Positions 50,593-62,389 of a stretch of 64,000 nt of DNA are shown piece by piece (within the stretch, counting starts at the first letter, position 1; each line of letters begins with the position of its first letter). Position numbers and translations under genes: made by a program. The DNA is from Okamejei kenojei. Lineage: Eukaryota. The DNA is taken from contig CM069154.1 of the NCBI GenBank assembly GCA_035221665.1, positions 6,262,001 through 6,326,000 of the forward strand. The letters run 5' to 3'. A model generated the notes under the pieces. It searched no databases. It was not told the origin of the DNA and saw only the letters and a list, made by a program, of their open reading frames with translations.

Positions 50593-51882
50593 GACATTTT
50601 CGACATTTCCCTACCATTCCTTGACCTCACCATCTCTATTGCAGGTGATACGCTCCTGACCGACATCCACTACAAACCAACTGACTCCCACAGCTACCTG
50701 GACTACTCTTCCTCCCACCCTGCTTCCTGTAAGGACTCCATCCCCTATTCCCAATTCCTCCGTCTACGCCGCATCTGCTCCCAGGATGAGGTGTTCCACA
50801 CCAGGTCATCACAAATGGCCTCATTCTTCAGAGAACGGGGATTCCCCTTCCCCACCATTGATGAGGCTTGCACCAGGGTCTCCTCCATACCCCGCAACAC
50901 TGCCCTCGCTCCCCATTCCCCCACTCGCAAATAGGGCAGAGTCCCCCTGGTCCTCACCTTTCACCCCACCAGCCGGCAAATACAACATATAGTCCTCCGC
51001 CAGTTTCGCCACCTCCAACGTGACCCCTCCACCCGCCACATCTTCCCATTTCCCCCCCTGTCTGCCTTCCGCAAAGACCACTCCCTCCGCAACTCCCTTG
51101 TCAATTCTTCCCTTCCCTCCCGCTCTACCCCTTCCCCGGGCACTTTCCCTTGCAACCGCAAGAAATGCAACACTTGTCCCTTCACCTCCCCCTTCCACTC
51201 TTTTCAGGGACCCAAGCAGTCCTTCCGGTCAGACAGAGGTTCACCTGCACCTCCTCCAACCTCATCTACTGCATCCGCTGCTCCAGATGCCAGATGATCT
51301 ATATCGGTGAGACCAAGCGGAGGCTTGGCGATGCTTCGCCGAACACCTCCGCTCGGTCCACAATAACCAACCCGACCTCCCGGTGGCTCAGCATTTCAAC
51401 TCCCCCTCCCATTCCGCATCCGACCTCTCGGTCCTGGGCCTCCTCCACGGCCAGAGTGAGCAACACCGCAAGCTGGAGGAACAGCACCTCATATTCCGCT
51501 TGGGGAGTCTGCATCCTTTGGGCTTGAACATTGAATTTTCTCAATTCTGTTAACCCTTGCTGTCTCCTCCCCTTCCCACCTCTCCCTCAGCCCTCGGGGC
51601 CTGGCATTCCCTCTATCTCTATCTCCCTCCCCCACCCCAGTTGCACCAGCTTCTCATTTTCACACCACAAATAGCTTACAATGACTTGTTCCCTTTATCG
51701 TCGAAACTTTTTTGCATATCTTTCATTCATTGTTCCTTATCTCTCCACATCACCGTCTATATCTCTCGTTTCCCTGATCCCTGACCAGCCTGAAGAAGGG
51801 TCTCGACCCGAAACGTCGCCTATCTCCTTCGCTCCTTAGATGCTGCTGCACCCGCTGAGTTTCTCCAGCTTTTTGTGTACCC
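50593..51882 (+). mobile_element. Penelope-like element, 5'-truncated: RT C-terminus, GIY-YIG endonuclease and pLTR, with a 14-bp TSD
   Basis: FLDLTISI...YKPTDSHSYLDYSSSHP..CKDSIPYSQFLRLRRICS; FTCTSSNLIYCIRCSRCQMIYIGETKRRLGD; gtgactacaactcc at 50579-50592 and 51883-51896. Confidence 0.9.
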
Positions 51883-52620
51883 GTGACTACAACTCCCGTG
51901 GTTCAACGCGTGGCTTCCGCCGTGTGGGCCGGATGTGAGGTCAGTGTAGGGCAGGGTTTCCGTTTTCAAACGTTGACTGTCAGGGCTCGTGGCGAGCGCT
52001 CGCGTTTAAACCGCCAACGGTCCGCTCCGCTCCGGGAGCTCGAGCGGCCGCTGAGCCGCTGGACGGCGGGAGCCCTCGGCAGGTCCCCTCCCCTCAGGAC
52101 TTACTCCGTGAGGAAAAACTCGCCTTTTTAATTGTGTGTTCGTGTTACCTTTCGATCTCCGAGCCGGGGGCTTGGGGGTAGAAAACCTCAAGAGTCCGGT
52201 GGCCGCTGCACGCTCCCTCCTTCCTTCCTTCCCTCTCTCCCTCCCTCGGGGGGGAAGACTCCCGTCGCCTCGACTCACTCCCCTCGGGAGGAGAGTCTCT
52301 CTCCCCCCCCCCCCCCCCCCCGGTCGCCGCCATGGGCTGCACCATGAGCGCCGAGGACAAGGCGGCGATGGCCAGGAGCAAGATGATCGACCGCAACCTG
52401 CGAGAAGACGGCCAGAAGTCGTCGCGGGAAGTCAAGCTGCTGCTGCTCGGTAAGGGGAAAAACAAAAACGGCCGGGTAGTGGTGGGGGTGGGGGGGGGGG
52501 GGGGGGGGGGGTGAGGCATTCAGTCGACGGGTGGGACAGACCTGCACTGGCGGTCGCGCCTGCCCCTTCGCCGCCTGTGCCCCAGGGGACGCTGTGTCCG
52601 GAGGTCCGCCTGCCCGGAAA
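51883..52620 (+). promoter_or_regulatory. CpG-island promoter and 5' UTR of the GNAI gene, with an ACTACAACTCCC (ZNF143/THAP11-type) motif at 51886-51897
   Basis: Sharp rise in GC and CpG around exon 1; motif fits ACTAYRNNNCCCR; strong Kozak gccgccATGG. Confidence 0.7.
52332..52449 (+). CDS. GNAI3: G protein G(i) alpha subunit, coding exon 1 (GNAI family; GNAI3 favoured)
   Basis: [39 protein letters not shown](G)|gtaagg; 118 nt, the canonical GNAI exon-1 coding length; MGC myristoylation/palmitoylation site. The family is certain; the paralogue is inferred (IDRNL favours GNAI1/3 over GNAI2, plus linkage to a pIgR-like cluster). Confidence 0.8.
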
Positions 52621-53499
52621 CAGTGGCAAAAGTAATTCCGTAAAGTTGTGAACATCAGTCCGCCTAAACCTTCACGATCTCCTGGTTGCGAAACACTTTT
52701 AACTCTCCGCTCCCATTCCCACACTGGCCTTGTGTACAGGAAGGAACTGAAGATAGACACGAAAAGTTGGAGTAACTCAGCGGATCAGTCAGCATCTCTG
52801 GAGAGAAGGATTCGACCCGAAACGTCACCTAATCATTTTCTCCAGAGATGCTGCCTGACCCGCTGAGTTATTTCAGCTTTTTGTGTCCACCCACACGAAC
52901 CTTTTCGTCCTGGGCCGCCTCCTCTGTCAGAGTGAGGCCCAGCGCAAATTGGAGGAACAGCATCTCTTATTTTGCTAGGGCAGCTTACATTCCAGCGGTA
53001 TGAATATTGATTTCTCTAACTTCAAGTAACCCTCGCTTTCCCTCTCTCCATCATAGACCCTTCCCCCCCCCCCCCCCATCCTAGTTCTCTGACCAGCCTG
53101 ACTGTCCCCTTGATTTATCTCTATGCTTCGGTGTTAATTCTTGCTAGCATGATCTATTCTACATTTTCCTTGATTTGTCATCACCTTTTGATCTCGTTTT
53201 CACACCTTACACTGCCTTTTCCCTGTCTCCCCCTCCACTGACTGTCTGAAGAAGGATCTCAATCCGAAACGTCACTCATTCCTTCAATCCAGAGATACTG
53301 CCTGTCCTGCTGTCATGAATTTCCTGCATAAGAAGGAACTGCAGATGCTGGAAAATTGAAGGTAGACAAAAATGCTGGAGAAACTCAGCGGGTGAGGCAG
53401 CATCCATGGAGCAAAGGAAATAGGCCACGTTTCGGGTCGAGATGCTTCCTCAGGTCTCCTCAGACCTTCCTCACCCACTGAGTTTCTCCAGCATTTTTG

Positions 53500-55552
53500 T
53501 CTACCTTTATTTTTATTAATATGTTTTTGTTCGTCTTTTATTATTTTTATTTTAATCTTAATTTGAACGTATTTAAAATACCAAAGAGTAAAAGAAGATT
53601 CAACGAAATGATCCTCCCCGACTGACAGCCACAGTTAAAACGTTAGTAAGTCATGAGGGCTATTTTAACACATGTTATGCTCATGATTTAGTTCTAATGC
53701 GACTCTAGAATCTACAGTAACCTCCCTGTCTGACTGCCATCACTGCCTGAGCTGGTTGACGAGAGAGAAAATGTCGGGGAGAGTCCACTGGCCATCCAGT
53801 CTTCAGGCGCGAAAGGTTGCATTGCAGAAATTAAAAGATGAAAAGCAAAGGCAGTTATTTCAAGCAGGGGTAAGACCCGGCAATATTGCTATTGAAGCGA
53901 CTTATAAAGTAGCTTATATACTCGGGGTGGGGGGGGGAAGGGAAGCCATTTACCGATGTAGAAATCGTAAAATAATGCATTGTCGAAATTGTAGGATGCT
54001 TAGACCCCGATAAGGTTTCAAAGTGCAAACAACTGCCTCTTTCAAAGAAAACTAACTGATTGGCAGCATGAATTAGCCCTCAACGTAACAGAACATTTTT
54101 CCAAAAGGAAAATATATTATTCAATCGCTGTGGATGAATCAACTGATACTACTGACTCGGCATAGGTTTTATACTTTATTCGGGCCATAACAGAAGATTT
54201 TCTTTGCTACGAAGAGTTACTTGCTTTGGGCACTCTTACGGGTAGAACGCGAGGAATAGATTTCTTCAACAACTTTCAAGATAAATGGCATGAAGTTGGA
54301 ATGGATTTGGTTAATTTAGTGAGTGTATGTACAGACGGTGCACCTTCCATGGCAGGAAAACGTGAAGGGTTTATTGCACAGATAAAGGTATTATCAGATA
54401 CAGATGCTCATTTCATTGTATCTTACATCAGCAAAATCTCTGTGCTAAATCTACTATTTTAAGTGACACTTTGCAACAAGTTATAAGTATTGTTAACTAT
54501 ATTCGTGTAAATGGAACACGGCATCATCAATTTCGTAATGTGCTAAAGTTGGACGATGAGGCATACATTCAGTGTGGATTTGCTGTATCCATGTTGAAAA
54601 TGTTGAAACGGGGACAGGTGTTAGCAAAATTTTTATCTTTGCGGGAACAAATAGTTAAATTTCTTGAAGAACAGAATCAACAATGTGAATTATTGAAAGA
54701 AGATTTGTATAGAAATACTGCATTTCTGTGTGATGTCAAAGCAAAATGATTTGAATGTTTCTTTGCAAAACTAAGTCTATATTTGATATGTGGCAAAAAA
54801 TCCAAGCATTTCGAAAAAAAATATTTTTTCAAAACTCTTCTTCAAAATGAAATTTCGGAAGAACATTTTCCCCAGTTAGCGAAGGTCATTGGTGAGCAGG
54901 AGGATTCATGTGAATCATTTGACGAATACGCAGCTGTTATAGACTTATTAATTAAAGAATATAATGAAAGGTTCACTGGCTTTTAGAATCATGACATCAC
55001 ACTCAAATTAGCATTTCAACCTCACCTAGTTGATGTCTCCAAGGCTCCTAAAGAACTACAGATGGAATTGATTGCGCTCAGTAGATGAAATTTTTAAAGT
55101 CCTTATTTGACGCTAAGAAAGATCTGATTTAAATATGGAGAAATGCAATAGAATACCCACGTCTTTGGCAACATGCACGATAAATGCTTTCTTGCTTTTC
55201 AACCACTTATTGCTGCGAATCTACATTCTCCTTCCTAACCCAAATCAAGACGCCCTTAAGGTCACAAATGACAGATACGCATCTAGAAGAGCAGCTGAAA
55301 CTGCGCACCTCCATGTTGCAACAAAATATTCAAATGCTCTCCCACAAAAAGCAGTCACAACAAAGTCATTAAAAGGGTAGTTAACTTTAGAATTTTTTTT
55401 TTTTCATTTACTTGAAGTTAGTACATAGTAGTTAGATTTTTACTAAATAATGTACATTTTGAAGTAAATCTAATTGAACTTTCTTGGATGCGGCCTTATT
55501 AGATTACAGCTAACAATGCAGCATTCCAACATGAACAGGTTCCCCACCCCTG
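53500..55552 (+). mobile_element. hAT (Charlie/SPIN-like) DNA transposon relic in GNAI intron 1
   Basis: SIAVDESTD, CTDGAPSMAGK, FSTTYCCESTFS...QQSH*, with stops and frameshifts; right TIR aggttccccacccctg at 55537-55552. Confidence 0.85.
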
Positions 55553-58500
55553 CATTAAGTCAGTGCTAGTAATTCTGGGGTAAAACTGTGAATAAAATCT
55601 TTAAGCTAGACCAGGTTGCACAAAGTAGTGTAGAAACGCACAGCTTGGAGCATTTAAAGTGGAAGTCCTGCGAGTATAGCAAGTTCAAGTAATTTATTGC
55701 AAAAATCTATTAAAATCATGAAACTGCTAACTTGGCATTTTTTCACTTGCATATTTGAGCCATTTGTAATATTTTTGTAAAGTGCAATGGGTACATTAAA
55801 ATAAGTGCATTTACTCATAGGCACATTTATGACCATTTATGAACATCTCTAAAATATAAATTTGGATTCCAATGGCAATGGGATTATGGTGATTGATTGC
55901 ATTCTGACCAAATGTGTATCTGAATGTCTGTTCACAAGCGGATCACAAATTAATCTTACTAGAGCATAGTTCAACATTGTTTTTCCAATGAAAGTGATGG
56001 ATCTGTGGAATTCTTTGCCACAGAAGGCTGTGGAGGCCAAGTCAGTGGATATTTTTAAGGTCGGGATGGATAGATTCTTGATTAGCACAGGTGTCAAAGG
56101 TTATGGGGAGCAGGCAGGAAAATGGGTTGGGGGGGAGAGATAGATCAGCCATGATTGAATGGTGGAGTAGACTTGATGGGCCGAAAGGCCTAATTCTGCT
56201 TCTATTCCTTATGACCTTATGAAAGTTGGCTGTGTATATTGACCCTGGTATGGCAATTCTATTGTAAAAGTGTATTTGGGAACAATATGTTGAAATAGCC
56301 ATGCATTATTGTTTTGTCTTCCTAATTTGTGACAATTTGGTAGTTAATATGTGAGAACATTTAATGGGATTATATGCTCTGCCTGAACAAACAGTTAATT
56401 ATCCATACTCTTGGGTATTTATAGGTTGCTATGAATTTTGTCATTGTATATTTTAATTAATCGACTGAGTATTTCTTTCTTTCACCATCTACATTTTGTT
56501 TTATGAAGTGGATTGTGCATGTGTGTGAGAGTAGCAGGAAAGAAGTGAATGGATTTCTGTGAATAAATGCTTATTATGAAATGAATGAAGCACTTACTTA
56601 CTTAGACTTCATTCCTCCCACACTGATGAGTGTATTTGGCAGCAAGTTTTTGCCTTTCTGATCAGTTATGTGCAACGTCTTCCACTCTCGACAGGCTTGC
56701 ATCCCGGGCTTCCAAATCATTCTGGAATGTTCGCCTCCATGTGAGTTTTGGTCGGCCTCTTTTCCTTCTTCCATCAGGTTGCCATGTTATTGCTATCTTA
56801 GGTACAGGCTCAGGTGACATTCTGAGTACGTCCTGCAACTATCATACTGTGTACCTCTATGTCCTGGCAGAGAGGCTTTGTTGCAGTTGCAGAATGAAGC
56901 ACAACATGCTTTAATGTACATTATCCTATGGTATAGTACTCGGAAAAGGTATACATTCGTCAACCACTATCGATTTATTAGTGTCATGTGTACAGAGATG
57001 CTGTGAAATTTACATGCTCCCTAGGTAAATCATACCATAGTCAAATCATACAAAAGTACAACATGTAGTGCAAGGAGAAAATAGACAGAATACAAAATAT
57101 AGTATTACAGCTACAAAGGAATTAAAATAAATTGCAAGGTCTGTAATGGGCGAGATTGGCACTATACCCTGAGAGGTTTGTTCAATAGTCTAAAACAGTA
57201 AGGATAGGGGAAAGCTGCTCGTGAGTCTGGTGGTATGTGCTTTCAAGCTTTTTTAACTTCAGCTCAATGAAAGAGAGACGAGGGAATGACTGGGGTGTTT
57301 GTAGTCCTTGATTATGTTGGCTGCTTTCAGGGGCAGCATGAGGTATAGATGGACTTGATTGGGAGGAAGCTGATTTGTGTGGCGGACTGGGCTGCAACCA
57401 TCACTCTGCAATTTTCCGTGGGCTTTGTCTGAGCGGTTTCCAAATGAAGTTGATGCATCCTGATAGGATGCATTCTCTGGTGCATCTGTAAGAGTCATTG
57501 GAGTCATGCTGAACATCCGTCGATAAATGCAAAATGCTTGAATAACTACTGGGGTCAGGCAGTAGCATCTCTGGAGATCATGATTGGTGACATTTTGGGT
57601 TGGGACCTTTCCTCTTAATCTTCTGAGTAAGTACAGGCAGTGGTATGCCTCCTTGGCTGTAGTTTCAATGTGGTTGGAGCAGGACCCATTGTTGAAGCAC
57701 TTGAGGGATGAATTGTTGCCAACAATACTACCTGACTTCACATTGTTGTTCATTATAGCATGCAGGCCTCCATGTGGGTATCCTGGGACTCTAACGTGGT
57801 CTCAATTTTCTCCTGGTATCCTTCATGGCTTTTTTTAAAAGATCATACATGGATTCCTTGTCAGAAGTGTTCAACTTGGACTTCACCTTGCGGTTCATAA
57901 TTTTCTTTTCCCACTTGGGAACATGCATATCCTCGTCTTATGCAGTCTTCTATGCACGTGCTGGTGAAGACTGTGATGGCACTTGCATACTCATTTGGTT
58001 CGCTGCAGGCTCCTTGAATATGGACCAGTCCACCGACTCGTCCATATTCAGATAAGTGTCTTATCTGTTTCCTTATGACATTCTGTACCGAATGCACCAA
58101 CGTCAGCATCAGCTGTAAGCAATGAGTAGAATCTCATCCTGTTTGTCAGATTTATCTAAACGCAGTGGGGGAAGGAACAGTGTGTATTGATGATTATGTA
58201 GCAGTGGTCGAGTAAGTTCAAGCTCCTGTTGGCCCACTACTTATCAATTTCCATATGGAGGTTCCACCTTACCTCCAATTAAAAAAGCCGACAACTATAG
58301 GGCTTTTTGAATTTATTGTATGAGCATTTTATTGAATTATACAGGTCTGATTCTATGCCCCAATATTTGAAATGGCTGTGGGAAATTAATAATTGAGTTG
58401 TCTGAGATGTGCTTTCTGCACGAAAATAGCTCGAAGCTGTAACTTCAGAAATTGAAATGCAAAATATAAAGCAATAGGTTTGAATGAGTGCTCTGCAAAA

Positions 58501-59569
58501 ATTGTTGGCTAGTAAATTTTAGCTGCTAAATTCATCTTCTGATACTTCTGTTGAAGTATCCTAGCCAAATCAGTGAATTCTCATTAGTGCAGAAAAAATA
58601 AATGTATTGTAAAAGTTATGACTGTATTGATCATTTGCTTTCATTACAATGAAATAGTTTGCAAAAGATAGATAGCTTACCTGTAATTCTACATTAAATG
58701 TCCAAGAAGAAAGATGGTTTATTTGTAAAATAACAATTTCAATATGCTTCCTGTCTTGGGCTTATAGCTGTTCTAGGTTGCATTTGTGGTTCCATTTGCT
58801 TTGTGCGTCATTTTGAGATCGTACTTCCCTTTTGTAAACAGTAACGAGACCAATGGTCACATGATCTAGTTTGTAAGATAGAAAATGAACTAACTGCGTA
58901 ATACAAAATGGGAATTGTACTTTTTTCCTCACCACCACTTCACCTCCCCCTGATCTCTTTCTGGGACGTCAGCCATAAATGTCTTCTATTTAATCAGTCA
59001 CACATGAGAGGGATACAGGAGGAAGGGAATTGTAGAAGTTATTTCGGAACTTTGCACGTCTAATTTTCACATAAAGATTGCCCGAATATATGACTCATCT
59101 TTGGTGTTCGCTTCCTCTCTACTGAGACCAGTATGCATTCTTCCTCTTCCATACTGGCTGGCTAATCTGCTGATCTCTTTGTGGTTTGGATTTGAAGCAT
59201 CAAGACAGTTCAGTTTGGATGGACCCGAGGGGGAAAAAAAACTATTTCCAGAAGGTAATTTCTATTAGATGAAGGATATGTGATTTTGCAAATAAAACTA
59301 TTTGCAACAAGTTTCCCCCATCTTTTGTTATCTGCCTATCTGATTGAAATAAAAACAGAAAATGAAGTCAATATTCAGCAGGTTTGGAAGCAGGTGTGGA
59401 GAGACGAGCAGAATTGACCAACGAAAAGGCATTGACCAGCAATATGAACTCTGTTTCTAGTCGAGTGTTGTTTGACCTGCGTATTTCCAGCATATTCCGT
59501 GTGTGTCCCCCTCCCCAATTTTCCAGCATATGTAGTCTCAGTTTTTTGCTTTTCAATATATAGTTATTG

Positions 59570-59782
59570 ACTTTATATAACCATATAACAACCATATAAC
59601 AATTACAGCACGGAAACAGGCCCTCTCGGCCCTTCCAGTCCGTGCCGGCCATTTGTTTTCCCCTAGTCCCATCTACCTGCACTCAGACCATACCCCTCCA
59701 TTCCCTTCACGTCCATATACCTATCCACTTTACTCTTAAATGTTAAAATCGATCCTGCCTCCACCACTTCTGCTGGAAGCTG
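59570..59782 (-). mobile_element. CR1 3' end, same subfamily as 3870-6688
   Basis: Near-identical to 3870-4060, with a (catataac)n tail. Confidence 0.85.
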
Positions 59783-62389
59783 ATTGCTTGCTGTTTGGAG
59801 ATTTGAATGCTAGGCGTTCACATTTATACTACACCAGTTGTTTGTATGGATGCAGTCTGTCCTGAAGTATCTGTTTCTATTGTACAAAATAATATGGTGG
59901 TACAATGTAAGTGTCCAATAACTCAGTAGAATGTCCAACCATTGTGAATTTTATAACAGTCAGAGGTGAAATGGACAACTTCTCTTACATTGGAGTTCTG
60001 GAGCTGGCCTTTTTTTTACAATGGTGTCATTTGAATATTTCCTGTGTCTGAGAGAGCATATTGTGATATCTCCATATTTCCAGATGGAAACGGATTTGAT
60101 AAAAAGTCTTTGCTATTACCTATGAAATTAGTTATTGATTTATGACATTTCCAACAAAGATAATATTGTGGTACAGTAGGAAGCTCAAAGAAACATAATG
60201 CAATCATACCTACACTGGTAGGAATGTCAAGGTTTGCAAATTAAAATGTTTTCTAAAGCTGAGAGAGTTGAATTTCAAGCTGCCTAAATAATATAGCACT
60301 AATGTGTATATCACAGCCTATTTAACATGTCAGAGTACTAATCACATTGCCATGTGCAAACATTGATGCAAGTCTATCCCCTATACTTAGAGAGCTTATA
60401 TCTTAACAACATGCATCCCATCATTAAGGAGCAATGACTCATTATTTATTCACAAATTTGGAAATATAGTTAGATTTGTTAATTACAGTATGGAATTACA
60501 GACATGTTCTATAATTAATTCATTTGGGTTGCTGTACAAGTTTTAATAACATGGCTGTCTCTGTAAAAACTCACTTTCATTGGCAAAAGCACATATTTTT
60601 CACTAAACAAGTTTTGTTCAAGGTTGCATCTGTACAGATGCCATGCTTGGAAAAGACTTTAAAGCTGCAACTGCCGTCTTACAAAAATAAATAATGCTAA
60701 CAAAGTGCATCCTCTTCACTTCCATTTGTCAGCTCATGTTAGTTATAATTACCACTGTCCTATCACGGATAAAACATAGAAATCTTTTATTATTTTTTAA
60801 ATTTGCTTCAGCTGGAACAGATGGTTGACTAGCTGAACCTCAATGAGTGCTCTGTGTAGCACATTTTTGTTTTGTATTTGATGTATTTGTTATTGTGATA
60901 GACATGCTTTTCACTTAGTTCTTCTGCGTTAAGATAGGAGTCACCAAGCTTTTACAGTTTTTGGCACAAAGATTCAGTCACATGTTTAAAAAGAACATTT
61001 CTTTCATTAATTCGAATGCTGCAGGTGGTGGATTTTTTTTCAGAGATATCCGTGAAAAGAGGAGCAGAGTTAGTAATTGGGTAAGTTTGCATTCATTTTG
61101 AATGAATTCTGTGGTGAGATGGAATAGAAAGAATACTTATCCAGTGGTGAACTGGAATAGATTGAAATTCAATTGAAAGTGTTATGGGGCTCCAGTGTTT
61201 GGAATTAACCCTTTTTAAATGGAGTGCAAGCTGGAAAGGAAATCCTGAAATATTTATTTACTTAAATAACAAACCATTCTTCTAGGGTCCATGTAATGTG
61301 AAAGTAAAAACAATTGCATCAATAACATGCTATCAGCATGCCAAACTATGCACTCACTGGGCCTTTGCAGATGTGTCTGGAAACTTTTGTTTAAAACATT
61401 TGAAGCTCCTGATAAACACAATATATTTTCTCCATTCAAAGCACCTTTTCTTGGACATTTAGCACAATTTAAAAGGTATTTGTGGATAATATTATCAATA
61501 GTGTGATCTTTTTTAAAAAAAGTTAGTGTATTGTTGAAGGAGAAATGGCTGTTATCAAGAGTTTTCAAAGAAACACCTCGCAAGAAATCAGAGGCAGAAT
61601 AGCTTGTGTGGTTGGTTTGTGTTTTGTCTTAAGTCAACAAGGGTTGAAGAATATGTAATGTTTTCAGTTGAAAAGGTAATTTGCAAAGCAACTGAAAACT
61701 AGATTGACCACCTGTAAAAAGAAGGGTGGATCTTGGGTGACAAGCGGGAAAGACCAAGAGATAAACAACTATATTAAGATACAGCATTCAGAGCTCCTAT
61801 TCAAATGCAATAGCTTGCAACATCTTTCATCGCACAATTTGGCAATTTCATGTAATGTATTATTGTAGGTGTTTTAATTCAGGTAAGTGTGTGGTGTTGC
61901 ATTTTGGGAAGCCAAAACTTGACAGGGCCTTCACAGTGAACAGCAGGGCCCTTGGAAGTGTTGTAGAGCAGCGGGAAGTATAAGTGCGTGGTTATCTGAA
62001 AGTTATGTTGTAACTAGATAGGGCGGTGAAGGAGGTTTTTTGGCATGTTGGCCTCCGACGCGGAATTGAGTATAGAAGTTGGAACGATATATTACAGTTG
62101 TACAAGGTGCTGGTGAGGTTGCATGCATAGTGTGTTCTCCTTTGGGTCACCCTGCTTTATAAAGGATGCCACTACCCTGGAAAGTGTGCAGAGAAAGTTT
62201 TCAGAAAATGTTGCCAGGACTTTAGGTCCTGAGCTATATCCAAGGGTTGAGCAGACCAGGACTTTATTCCTTGGCGTGCAGGAGGCTGTGGGGTAATATT
62301 ATAGAGGTGTATATATAATGATGAGGGATTAGATGGTGTCAATGCATGGTCTTTTTCCCAGGGTAGGGGAATGAAGAACTGAAGAGAGA

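Noticed and set aside
53500-55552. Domesticated GTF2IRD2/EPM2AIP1-like host gene
   Set aside because: Multiple stops and frameshifts plus a retained TIR indicate a dead hAT transposon.
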